A stretch of DNA of 64,000 nucleotides. Origin: Felis catus. Lineage: Eukaryota. Both the position numbers and the translations under genes were made by a program. The notes under the pieces are model-generated. The model was not told where the DNA came from and made no database searches. It worked only from the letters and a program-made list of their open reading frames with translations. Position 1 is the stretch's first letter. Each line of letters begins with the position of its first letter. The stretch covers positions 105,774,001-105,838,000 of the forward strand of contig NC_058373.1 in NCBI RefSeq assembly GCF_018350175.1, read 5' to 3'. Positions 51,840-64,000 of the stretch are shown here, piece by piece.

Positions 51840-53302
51840 TAGAAAGCTTTTTTTTTTTTTAAAGAGCATGTAATGACTTCTGTAATTACCACTAAAATCA
51901 AGATTCAGAACTATTGTATCAACAAAACACAAAAATATCCCTCATGCTACCTACCCCTTTATAGTCACATCTACCAAAACAACCCCTATCCCTAGCCTCT
52001 GTTAACCACTAATCTGTTTTCCATCTCTATAATACTGTTAGACAGTTTTTTAAGCATTCCAGGTACTTACAGTAGAAAAATTTTCTGTCTTTCCTAGATT
52101 TTCTTAAACTATTAACCATACTTATTTTAATGTCTTTAGATGATGACTCTTTATCAAATTGTTGGTCTCTTTCTAATGCCTGTGGTTCCGTTAGTTTCCA
52201 GTCAGTTGTTTCCATTTTTAATCATACCTCCTAATTTTTCATTGGATGCTGGCCACTGTATATGAAAATATGTAGAGACTCGGAATGATGTTATCTTCCT
52301 TAAAAAAGAGGGTTTGGAGTTTTATTTGGCAGGCAGATGGAATACCAGCAGATTTCCTTACTCCTGTTGAGAGTAAATGATATAATTTGTTAGAGCTTGC
52401 TGTATTTTCAGTTTTACTTCTAGGGTGTGGTGTTTCTGGGATCTCAACAGACAACTCAGGGTGGTCACCAAATCCCTCTAACTTGGTGAGTCTTGAACTC
52501 CAATTTCTGTCTCCCCAGCCATGGATGGCTGCTAAAGTCTCTACGCAGCTCTTTAGAATCACAGATGCTGCTTTCATTTGTTTCTCTAAGGTCTTACTCT
52601 GCAAATGCATAACTAAGGAGTTGGCCAACAGCTTGAGAGGAATTCATAGCAGACTTGGCACTTGTGGGCTTTCTCACTTTGAGGAATCCTCCTTTCTGGG
52701 AATTTCTTCTCAAATCTCAGCCACTGTTAGAACCCCACATTCTGACTTCTTGTCAGTTCAGCCTAGTAAGGCTGCTGCTTTCTGCTAGGACTTACTACCC
52801 ACCACCAAGGTAACTGGGAAGTAACTCACAGAGGAAAAGACAAGTAAATGTGGACTTCAGCTCACGTATTGCTTTAAATGGTCATTCCCTTTTTGGGACC
52901 CACCTGCTTTGCTTATACTCCTGTGTTTTCAGACAGTTATTTTTGTAATATTTGTTTTGTTTTGCTTTACAATTAGTGTCAATGGAAGAGTTAGTTCAAT
53001 ACTAGTTATTCTTTCCTGACCCTCAGGATATCTTTTAGAGTTCCTGTGCCCTTGCTGTATCTGCTCTGTCATTTTTCCTCTTACCTGTATCTATCTTACT
53101 CCTTTGTATTCTCTTACTGTTTTCCTTATGTCTCCTAGAAGGGCTTATACCTTTTTTCCCTCTCCAGATGACAGAAAACTAGTGCTATTACAATGCAAGT
53201 TTAGGTAAAACAGACAAGAAGGCATTCTATAAAACCTATCTACAGCAAGACACATGATCAGCAAATTTATAACTTTCAAAACAAAACCCCTTTATCTCTT
53301 AC

Positions 53303-53557
53303 CTGCAAAAAGATTTCAAGCTCTTCTGGAGTGATGTTGGCATAGTTACTCATTAAAGCTTCTCTGGCCTCCAAAAAGGAATTTTTCAATTCCTCCTGAA
53401 TGTCTGTCTCCAAAGCTTGAAATATCTTCGCCCCCATCAAGTAGTAGGCCACAAAAGCAATCAACAGTATGTACCTATAGACTGGGAAGCAATCATCTTT
53501 ATTACATAGTACAGACCAGTAGAATGAGAGGCACAGGAGGCCAGATTGCCTTAACAT
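53303..53557 (-). pseudogene. Gene B exon 1 (N-terminus, M1, cap)
   Basis: Open frame MLRQSGLLCLSFYWSVLCNKDDCFPVYRYILLIAFVAYYLMGAKIFQALETDIQEELKNSFLEAREALMSNYANITPEELEIFLQ, containing the K2P YxxxGAxIFxxLE motif; donor CAG|GTAAG, phase 0. The 5' end is uncertain: ATG at 53557 or an acceptor TAG| starting the exon at 53474. Confidence 0.9.
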
Positions 53558-55007
53558 AAGATGGCTCCTCCCCCAAAACACAAAACACGCAACAAGAAAG
53601 ATCTCTTTCCCATCTCTTTCCCAGAAAAATGTGATCTCATATTTAAACAATATACGGAAGTAAACAATCCCAAAATATTCACACAAGGCGAAATGAAATT
53701 TGAACTCCAGTTGTATCCTGACATAAACTATTCTGGTCTGTGAAAATTTAGGGGGGGGGGGGAATCTGTTTCTGAGGAATGTCAGTCAACTTAAGAATAG
53801 AGAGGGGACTTTGTTCAAATATTACCGTTTAATCACTTATATGCTGGCATTTAAAGGCAGATGAGTCCAATATAGTTTATTCTTGGGAAATGTTTCTGTA
53901 GGCTCAAAAATATGTACTATTAGTTAGTTTGCCCAATCAAGATGAATTTGGATAGATTATCTACCCTGAGGTCTTTTTCTAGTCCTCATTTCCTATTCTT
54001 TTCCTTGCTGCTCAGCATGAAGGAATAAATACTACCTATTGGGGAGGAAAATAACCATTATGTTGATGAAACCTGACTCTAATATGAGACCTGACAATGC
54101 AGCCAAATGATTGTCCTATTTCTCAGAGAAATTCTTCGGAGATAGCCTTGGTGTTTATATAGCTATTCCTATCAGATCAAACCTACCTCACAACCTACCA
54201 TTCTCTTCCACCAGTGAACCAGATCTTGTGAATCACAAGCCCTTGGCACTGTGGAATAACTTTTGTTATTATCTGATTTACAAACTAAAAATATATTTTG
54301 GAAGTGTCACAGGACAATTAGAAACACTTCCTCAAATAGGTACCTATTAAAGTCAATATACCAATTGGAGTACATACTTTGAAATAACAAATGCATCAAT
54401 ATAGAAATGATAGATATTCTTGAAAGGACCATAAATCTAATCTCTCTATATACAGATATTTCAACTTACATTGAAACAATAAAAATTGTAACTTTTTTTC
54501 CAGATTTGTGGTATGAATAGATTGTTTGCTAGTGTGTGTTTAAAAAATGGTATTAGACTTCAAAAAGAAAAGAGACCCAAGTAAAGTAGGATTTATCAGA
54601 TCCTATTTTATTTTTATTATACTCTATGAATAAGGAAAAAAAACATTCTAAGATTCACTGTAAGAGTATGAAAAAGGAAAATGCATCCAGTGATTTGTCA
54701 AGAAACATTTATTATACTATTAGGAGAAAACAACCCCCAGGGAAGTCTTCGCCCAGGATCAGTCCCTAACTCACTAGGCTAAGCTTCCACTCAAATAGAA
54801 TATCTTTAAGCAGTCCTACCTTTAAATGTAAGTTTTTCCTTATAATTTTTCATGGTGTGCTGAGGCAATACTTCTTCAGGATCTGAGTGGTAATGTAACC
54901 CTTCTAAGTGATCTCACATCAACACCACAATTATTTCTGGAACCTTGGGAATAGCTAGTTCTACAGATGGTCCCCACCGCCCCCCCCCCCGCCCCCGCCT
55001 CGTTGCA

Positions 55008-55415
55008 GTGGATTAGTTTCCCATGGCTGCTGTAACAAATTACCACAACCTTAGGGGCTTAGAACACAAATTTATGATTATAGTTCTGGAGATCATAAAT
55101 TCAAAAGGGGTCTCACTGAGCTACAGTCAACGTGTCAAGGGGCTATATTCTTTCTGGAGGCAAAAGGGAGATATGCATTTCCTTGTCTTCTCCAATTTAT
55201 AGAGGCTGTCTGCGTTCCTTGGCTTGCGCCTCTTCCTTCATCTTCAACATCAGCATCTTCAAGGTTCCCTGACTCTGACACTTCTGCCTCCGTCTTTTAC
55301 TTAAAAGAACCCTTGTGACTATATCGTGCTCACCCCGATAATCCAGAGAAATCCCCCCATCTCAAGGTCAGGTTATTGGCAACCTTAATTCCTCCCTTGC
55401 CAAATAAAACAACAT
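55008..55415. mobile_element. MLT1 solo LTR
   Basis: attagtttcccatggctgctgtaacaaattaccacaac...gataatccagagaaatccccccatctcaaggtcag. Confidence 0.85.
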
Positions 55416-58400
55416 ATGTATTAAACAAAATAATACAATTAAAAATCTTGGCTCAAGTCAAGGACTAAAAAAAATATAACTATTTTTAGTACCATGTAAA
55501 CGGCTAGCATAAGGACCAATGTGTAGCCAATGGCCACTAAATTCAAACTATAACTATTAAGAAGTGTCAAGTTTATTCATCATAGTAATTATTATGTTTG
55601 ATATGGGTCCTGTATCACATTCTTCTTAGTATTTCTCACAATTTTACAGTGTATGTAGGTATGCAATGTATGTCTGCTATATGGATTAGTCAGGATTCAC
55701 TTGGTTAAAAGTAACATCAACCCAACTCAAATTTTCTTAAACGAAAATAAGCAATTTATCAGTTCGCACATCTGAAAAATGACGTCATGGATGACCCCTG
55801 GAGCAGGCATGATTGGTACTTGCCCGAGGACCTACCTCTCTGTAGTCAAAGTCTGAGGGTTTGTATCTGACTCTGGGAGCAATCCCAGCCCTTGCAAAGG
55901 GCAAGGCAAAAGTGCCAAAGGGTTAATCCCTGCCCTGAAATCAGCCACAAAACAAAGATACCTGGCGAGCTGGTGAAAAACTTCTCCAGCTTCCTTGCCC
56001 CTCAGAGAGGATGACTGTGACACATGTCCAATACTGTCTCTCAAGATCCTCGGTGGGATTGAGCTTCAATTGCCTACAATATTAATATGCTCGAAAATGG
56101 ATCCTTTATGGTTTTCTTTCATTTTTCAATCTCTTTTCCTCACCCCTTACCAGCATTTCCTGGGTTCATCTTCTGAATAAATTACTTGCTCTCAACTTCA
56201 CAGCATTGCCCCCAACATTTGGGCAGCAACTATAACCCCCCAGGTATTGCCCTTAGCTGGTGTTATAATCAGGTCTTAATAAGGCATTTTACCCAGTAAG
56301 GGTCAGAGTGATAGAGAATGAACTCAGAGGGTTGAGCATCTTGTAGAGTCAGAGTTGGAGGAGTGTGAAGATTTAGGAAGTCAAAGAATGATGGAATTCA
56401 TCTTAATGGTTTCTTAGTTTTATAATATTCGTAGTATTTCTTAATTTTAGGGGAGGTGGGCAATCAATTTAATTGTAGTGTCCTTTTTGCGACTAGTCTG
56501 TTGGGAACCTTGGAAGAATCACATGAATAATGTTGAAGAAGCAGGAGTAGAGATCACCTTCTCTAAAGAGGTGACGGGCAACGTATCTTCCTGGGATTGT
56601 TTCAAATTCTGTAGACGGGGCCATCACCTACAGCCTGGAAAGTTGCGCATGAATCCAGCATGAACAGCAACCCTGGAATTGCTTTGTGCCACATCTACAT
56701 CCATATAGAGTCCCTTTCTATAGCCATCTATCAAATCCTGATAAGAATTAAGGCTTGGGAAGGGGTGGTCTCACCAGGAGCACTGTTAATAATAATGAGA
56801 AATTGAAGCAGCCTAATCAGTAAAGTGTTAGTTAGTAAATGGAATCTTCTGCAGACTTTTAAGACTATAGTCAATCTATTTAAGACACAGGAAGAGTCAG
56901 AGACATGTAAAATAGAAAAGAAAGGGTATAAAAGTTTTTGCTGGTTTTATATTGACTTCTGTATTTAAATGCATCAGTATGTTTGGGTGTTGGCTCAAAG
57001 CAACTCTTTCTAACAAAGTGACAGCAAGACAGAATTCTCATGGCTATGTCCCCTGGTGCCAATCTTTAAAGTAAGAGTCCTTTAAAAACCTTTAGTGCAA
57101 GCTTTCTGTAACAAGCCGCCTGTCATCTGTCTAACTGTGGTGAGGATCATACCACCCATGTTAACATAATCATATCTGCTAGACACAGTCTTAGAAAAGA
57201 TAAATATGATGCTTAAAATTAAATGTAAATGCAAAATGTTGAGTGTTTCTTACCATGTGAAATGAGATATAGCCGGTTCTGCTCTGTGAAATAGGGCTAG
57301 GAATTCGGATCACATTTGCACAATTAAGTAATGCAAGAATTTCTGAATTCTCGAGACCAGTGCACCTGTCTGCCAGCCCTGGCTCACCTTCTCAAGTGGA
57401 CCAAGAGACCGGAAATAGTACCTTAGGTAAGGACTTGGTCTATACATGGCAGGTCTCATTTTGATTGTCTTCTGTGTTTGAACTGGTGACACACACACCT
57501 TCCTTGCACCCCACCCCCCGGCCAAGAAAGCCTCAAGTTTCATTTAAATCATCTATTTTTCTACTCTCTTGAGAATCACAGGTACCCATCCATACTTCAG
57601 CTTACCTGTTGTGCCTGCATAGTTTGAATCCTCAAAAATAAAAAGTGGGGTGTCAATGATAATTTCAGTTATTCATTTTTAGGGGTGAACTGAGATTCAA
57701 GGGAGCAAATTAATTGGAATTCAATGAATTTCTTACTGTCACTGTATGAGAAAAAGAATGAAGCCCTTGGGGAAAAAATCTTAACTGGGTAGTTGTAGGG
57801 AATCTCAGTTGAATCTAAGAGATTGGCCAAAGTTCTTAGGCAAAAAAGAAGTGAAGCTGACCCAACCTGATGCCAAACAGCTGCTTTAAATGTACAATTA
57901 AAAGAATGTCCGTTTGTGCAAGATACGACAGACAAGGTTGATTTTTACGTTTCAAAATGAAAGGAGAAAAGTTACATGCCTTCATTAGTTCTAGTGCACT
58001 ATTTTTAAAAATGATTTATATTTAACATGTGCATGTTATTATTGTTTGTTTGCTTTTAAAAATAAGTTCTTGAGCTTTCTAAAAGAACTCTAAACTTAGA
58101 GCTCTGAACGTGTAGGTTTAATGTAAACCATTTGGGTTTTCAAATGCCCTTCAAAAGTCTCTATGCTTAAAAAAACGTTTCTGTTTGGAAAAGATACCTT
58201 CCAAGCAACCAGTTAAAATATTTGAAATATAAAGCTTCCATTTATAAAAGGATTAAAAACAGTTTTGTTTTTCAAACTTGTGTTTGAAAAAATGCGTGCA
58301 GCTGTTTTTTCATGAAAAATGAAAAAATATATATGACATTTCTCAGTTTCAAGATAAATCCCTAATCAGTACATCTAGGATGTTATTACAAATTAAATTG

Positions 58401-59624
58401 TATTTTAACTTATGCTTTGGCTTCTCAACAAAAATTTATGCAAAAAAATTAATTCCTATGCATTTGAGAACTGTAGCATGGCAAAATACACTAAGACGTA
58501 ATCTTTACATACATAAATTGGAATATAGGTTCAGCTCTATTTTCCAGGGGTCCAAAACAGTAGTGTATTGACTAAGTTCGTTAGAAGTTTATTTTTCTCT
58601 AACTCACCAGACTGGAAGTAAATGGTGCCATGCTGGTTTAAGAGATCTGCTCCATGAAGTCCCTCAGGGACCCAGGGACCCAGGGTCTCATGTAGGTGCA
58701 AAGGAGGTAGGGACTTGGTGAAAATTCAAGATGTCTACTATAGAGGAAGAAGAGAATGGGGACTGGGGATAGCTAACAAGCAGTTTCTTTCACAGACCTC
58801 TTTTGCCACCCGAATATCCAACTGCACATGACTCACCATCCCTCTTCCTATAGGAGATGTTCCCAAAGTCCCGTCCGGTTATATCCTCAAGTTCCAAGTC
58901 TGTGATCTGTTGGTGAATGGCACTGCTCTCCATTATGTGGCTTTTTTGGTCTGATCACCTACAGTTGAAGAGAAAGATCTTTTCCCACCAGCAGTGATAG
59001 ATTCAGAACAAAAAAGGGAAAAAGAGGAAATATACCACAGTCACTGTTTCCAAATCCTTCTAGTCAGAGATAGTGAAGACCCCCTGTCCTGGTGAGGGAG
59101 CAAGTTCCTGATTTAGCTCTGAGAGGCACTCCCTACTGTCTGTGACTCTTGGCTGTGGAAGGCGATTCCTTGCCCATCAGCCCTGTGGCCACATTTGAAG
59201 GCATTGAAGAGTAAACGTTTCCTGGGGACTGCAGAACTTGTTTGTGCAATCTGCTAATGCTGGGGCATGTTTACAAATCCAGAGGTTGCTTAGAGAGACT
59301 AATACATATGAAATCATAAGTTCATATTAATACTTCCAATCCCAATTATCTCTTCATCTCCTTGCCCCATTTTAGTTTCATACCGTCTTTATCTCAGTCA
59401 GAGTCTGTTTCTCCTGCTTTGTGATTTATCTACTACTTTTGACTAATAGAAATATCAATAAAGACATAGCCCCAGAAAAGGACATTAAATGGAAAATGTT
59501 GACTGCCTTAATGTTTAAAGTGTACTGGTACACAAAGAGAAATAGGCAAAAGACATGAACAGAAATTTGCCCAAAACATTATAAATGGCCAATGAACTAA
59601 TGGAACCTATGTCACTGCGCTATC

Positions 59625-59819
59625 CTTTTTTTAATGTTTGTTTATTTTTGAGAGAGAGAGAGAGAAAGAGCAGTAGCAGAGGAGGTACAGAGAGAGAGAG
59701 AGACAGAGGATCCGAAGTGAGCTCTGTGCTGACAGCAGTGGGGCTCGAACTCATGAACTGTGATATCATGACCTGAGCCGAAGTCAGACACTTAGCAAAC
59801 TGAGCCACCCAGGCACCCC
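59625..59819 (-). mobile_element. CanSINE within an old L1 fragment
   Basis: TSD TGTCACTGC(G/A)CTAT. Confidence 0.92.
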
Positions 59820-62189
59820 TGTCACTGCACTATTTTGAGAAGATAAGATGTGTGATTATCATAGCAGTTGGCCACATACTAAGTCCTAAATAAATGTTGT
59901 GATAATGATTATCATGATGATTATTCTGAGGTATACCATTGACACTGAACAAAGTGATGGTGTACCATTTCTCATGTTTTGGATTAGACAGTTTTGAAAA
60001 AATTGTATTTAATATAATGGTAACACGTGATGTTGGTGACAGTTTTCGGAAAGCAACTATTCTCATACACTTTCTGTGGGATATAAATTATTATTTTTTG
60101 GAGGGCAACTTAACAATATAGATCAAAAACTTTAAAGTTTTTCAAATTCTTACTCAGCAGTTGCATTTTAAGGCAATTATCTTAAGAGTATAATCAAATA
60201 AATGTGACAAGATTTATGTACAGGAATGCTTGCAGGCCAAGAAACAAACAAACAAAAAAGAGCCCCACCCCCCCCAAATATCTATCTATAAAGAATTGGC
60301 TAAATGAATCATGATGCATCCAGCCTGTTTTAATTTTCTTTAGTCCCCCTGAATCGTTCAACTATTTTAAGCTCTTTTTACCACCAGATATTTAAAAATA
60401 AAAATAATTCTAATTCTTGGATATAAGAGCAAAATAAGTGACATGTCCACTCCAGCCCCAAACTCTCTCACCCTTGTCCTAGTAAAAGACTTTCATTGGT
60501 CCAGATATACTTCCTTCAGAATAGATGTGTTTTACTCCTCCTGCTCATGGACCATCTACATAAGTCCACAAGATTTCCAACATAGAATGATCTAGAAAGA
60601 AAACGTTGGGCAGGATTTCATTCAGGCAAAATAAAGGTAATACTGACTGCAACAGCTTCAGTGTGTCCAGAGTGTAGAGCATTTATAGTGTCTCTCCAGA
60701 TTTCTGTCCACTAGAATAGCTTGTTATCACAGCTGAGGGCTGTTACGTTGGGAGAGGCAGAGGTAATTTCTCTCTTTGGTCTATGTTTCACTTTAAGACT
60801 CAGAAAGACAAGAGCAGGTCAAACTAACATTGGCTCAACTGTTTTATCTGACATAAGGAGATAAGTCTAATAAATTAGAATATTCTTCTGCCTGGGTCCA
60901 GTTGACCTTCACCAAATTATCTTTTAGTTCATGAGAATTTCTATTCTCTCTTAGCTCTGAATACGGGTATGGCCCTGGTTGCGGTATTTATACAAGAGGA
61001 AAACCATCTGTAGAAGAAAGTTCCCACTTGCAGACAGAATCCTCTTCACCATCATAATCCCAAACCTTAAGTTAGATCATCACAATCAGAATATTAAAAA
61101 TTGTCACCACACCATAAAATAGAATCCTTCACAGACATTGAAAGAGATGGTGTAGATCCATATTTGTTGATGTACAACAAACACATCTGGCAAATGTTTA
61201 AGTTAAACTGCAAACAACTATGTATGGTATTATAACATTTTTATGGAGACTTTCAAAGGACATATGACAAAATACTAACAATATTTGTCTAGGATATTCC
61301 TTAAGGTAATTATTTTTATTGCTATTCATATAATCATTGTATTTTTAATCTCGTTTTATTTTACAATTAACAAAGATTTTTTCTAATCTTAATCATTTTG
61401 GCTTTTATTATACCATCTCATCTCATTTTATAGCAAATTTTATAGCGAATTTTATCCCTTTATTTGAAAAAAATAACAACTTTTAGGTCCCATTTTATCA
61501 GCTCGAAGTTCCAAAATAAGTCCACATCTCCTTTTAAGGTTCCAACGCAATGGTTTGATTCTACATCTTCCCTTAGAAAAATTGTCTCTTCTTAGCAGGG
61601 AGACAGCTTCAATGACAATACCATATGTCCATGGAATACTCTTTTTAGTTTATAGCATTAGGCCAGAGCTAGAAGATATCCTGGGTCAAGGCAGGTTTCT
61701 GTCTTCATCCTACCATGACCAACACATCAGTCCTCTTTGACAACCATTGCGGGATCCTCTCTATGTCCTTGAGATGATTGTGTGTAGAGTTTTATTCCCC
61801 CCTTTTTTGTCACTGGGTCATGGTGACATGACCTATGAGCTATCCAGCCCACCCAAAAGTTTCAATTACTTTGAATATCAGGAAAAAGGGAATGAGATCT
61901 GGGTCTCCTCCTTTCCCCAATGCTCTGGGAATTCTCAGGTAAATTACTTATCTCTTCCCTAGAGACCGCAAGTTCATTTCACCCATATATTTTTTCATAG
62001 AGAAAAGCATGTCAGCTTCTGCCTGGACAGTGCCTTGTTACATAATTAGTTTTTTCTGAGTCTAAAAATCATGCTTTCTCTTAATAAAGAATGTGTGTAA
62101 TAAAGGAATATGCAGAAGTAAAAAGCACTTACATTATTTCCAACACATGGAGAAAACATTATTAATATTTAGATGAATTTCCTTATATT

Positions 62190-62672
62190 TTTATTTTTAA
62201 AAATTTTTATTTAAATGCAAGTTAGTTAATATATGTTATAATAATGGCTTCGGGAGTAGAATTTAGCGATTTATCACTTACATATAACACCTAGTGCTCA
62301 TCCCAACAAGTGCCCTCCTTAATGCCCATCACCCATTCAGCCCATCCCCTCCACCTATCTCCCCTCCAGCAACCCTCTGTCTGTTCTCTGTATTTAAGAG
62401 TCTCCTCTCTGTTTTTATCTTATTTTTCCTTCCCTTCCCTTGTGTTCATCTGTTTTGTTTCTTAAATTCCACATGAGTGAAATCATATGATATTTATCTT
62501 TCTCTGACTGACTTATTTTGCTTAGCATAATACACTCTAATTCCATCCATGTTATTGCATATGGCAAGATTTCATTCTTTTTGATCACTGAGTAATATTC
62601 CATTGTGTGTGTGTGTATGTGTGTGTGTGTGTATACATATATACATATACACCACATCTTCTTTATCCATTC
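62190..62672 (-). mobile_element. Carnivore L1 3' end
   Basis: Peptide MEYYSVIKKNEILPYAITWMELECIMLSKISQSEKDKYHMISL; TSD TAGATGAATTT. Confidence 0.92.
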
Positions 62673-63414
62673 TAGATGAATTTCTTTATTATCTTCTAGA
62701 TAATAAGGAAATACTATATATACAGATATCCTATATAAATATTATATATATATAGTATATATAAGGGTGTACTATATATGTAATGATATACTATATATAT
62801 CACTATATATATAATAATAAAATTCTATATATAGTAATAAATTCTAAGTGTTTAATATATAGTGATAAAATTCTAAGTATCTTAACATTTGCACTAAATT
62901 AGTTTTATAATAATATTTACTATATACTCACTTAACATTTATATCTGAATTTTCTAAAATTACTTGTCTTCAAAAGTGTAATTTTAAAGGGCTGCAGAAC
63001 ATTCCAATACATGAATGTACCATAATTTATTTAACTCAATTCCCTTTGCTAGATTTCTATTATGGTTTTCTATTCTTTATTACAAATAAAGCTAAAACAT
63101 TCTTGTACATAAATCTTTTTTCATCTCTAAATATTTTTTAGAATGTATTCCTGTAAAGGACTTTACTGGACAAGTCTATCTGTAAAACATTTAACATTCT
63201 CCTTTGTAGGACAGATCAAAGGGGAATAAAACTTTTATCATCAATGAGCAATAATGCTGCTTTTCCTTTGACTTCTTACTTTTAATTTGTGATCTAGAAG
63301 TTTGCCCTGGAATAATCCATGAGTAGATAGGACTCTAGTTTGTAAAGTGTCCTTTTCCACCCCAGGCTTATTCCCTTCAAAGATGAGAACAAAGCATACA
63401 AATTGATACTTCCC

Positions 63415-63930
63415 TTTTTATTATTAAAATTTTTTTGAGTATAGTTGACCTACAATGTTACATTAGTTTCAGGGGTACAACATAGTGATTCAACAACTTT
63501 ATATATTATGCTATGCTCATCACGAATGTAGCTACCATCTGTCACCATACAATATCATTGACTATATTCCCTATGCTGTGCCTTTGATTCCCAGGCCTTA
63601 TTCATTCCATAACTGGAAATCTGTATTTCCCACGGCCCTTCATCCATTTTGCTCATTCTCCCACCTCTCTCCCCTCTGACAACCACCAGTTTGTTCTCTG
63701 CATTGATGCATCTGATTCTGCTATTTCTTTGTTTATTCATTTGTTTATTTTTAGATTCCACATAGGAGTGAAATCATATGGTATTTGTTTTCTTCGGTCT
63801 GACTTAATCTCACTTAGCATTAGTGGATCTATCCATGTTTTCTGAAGATCTATCCATGTTTTCTCAAATGGAACAATCTTATTTTTTTTTTTGGCTGTAT
63901 AATAATTATTCCATTGTGTGTGTGTGTATA
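63415..63930 (-). mobile_element. L1 3' end
   Basis: ttagattccacataggagtgaaatcatatggtatttg; T-rich tail at ~63420. Confidence 0.9.
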
Positions 63931-64000
63931 TAGTAAATATAACATATGATTACTTCTTTCAAAGAACAATAATCAATGAATTGTAATCTACAGATCAAAT

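Larger units (their letters stand above)
40956..53557 (-). pseudogene. K2P gene B: five-exon non-processed pseudogene of a divergent KCNK16/17/5-like two-pore K+ channel (~340 aa when reconstructed)
   Basis: Five collinear exons translate to M1-cap-P1-M2-M3-P2-M4 with intron phases 0,1,0,1; both filters are present; at least five inactivating lesions. Confidence 0.93.

Noticed and set aside
40956..53557. Naming gene B as KCNK16, KCNK17 or KCNK5
   Set aside because: The architecture is shared, but the sequence looks too divergent from those proteins as recalled and lacks their diagnostic residues; no symbol assigned without a phylogeny.
56478..56663. ORF with AGV...NVSSWDCF resembling K2P exon 2
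   Set aside because: No pore helix or TIG end and no donor; probably chance in an old repeat.
1561..59808. Recurring short ORFs (AQVMISRSVSSSPASGS..., RQRETEHE...) as a gene family or repeat array; tRNA-like heads as tRNA genes
   Set aside because: All are dispersed CanSINE copies with TSDs and A tails; they are not genes, CRISPR arrays or tRNAs.
62700..62945. AT-rich quasi-repeat (ATAAATTCTA units)
   Set aside because: Low-complexity slippage sequence with no regular spacer structure.

Overview
Mammalian, repeat-rich genomic DNA; the many young tRNA-derived CanSINEs with (CT)n/poly-A tails and carnivore L1 ends point to a felid. Most ORFs in the track are SINE, L1, L2 or microsatellite read-through. 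The main result, which the ORF track largely misses, is a tail-to-tail pair of divergent two-pore-domain K+ channel (K2P/KCNK) genes that I cannot match to any of the 15 canonical human K2Ps. Gene B (- strand, ~53557->40956) has all five coding exons, with TALK/TASK-2-like architecture and both filters intact (STIGYG, STIGFG). It is disabled by an AG->GG acceptor, three frameshifts and a SINE inserted in M4. Gene A (+ strand) shows exon 4 (4979-5145, two TAA stops, filter TAIGFG) and exon 5 (15233-15438); I found no exons 1-3 for it in the window. Both look like non-processed pseudogenes of an old, apparently uncharacterised K2P lineage that may be intact in other mammals. Exon models and alignments were done by hand, with no database search. 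Repeat family names are from recall and old-repeat boundaries are approximate.
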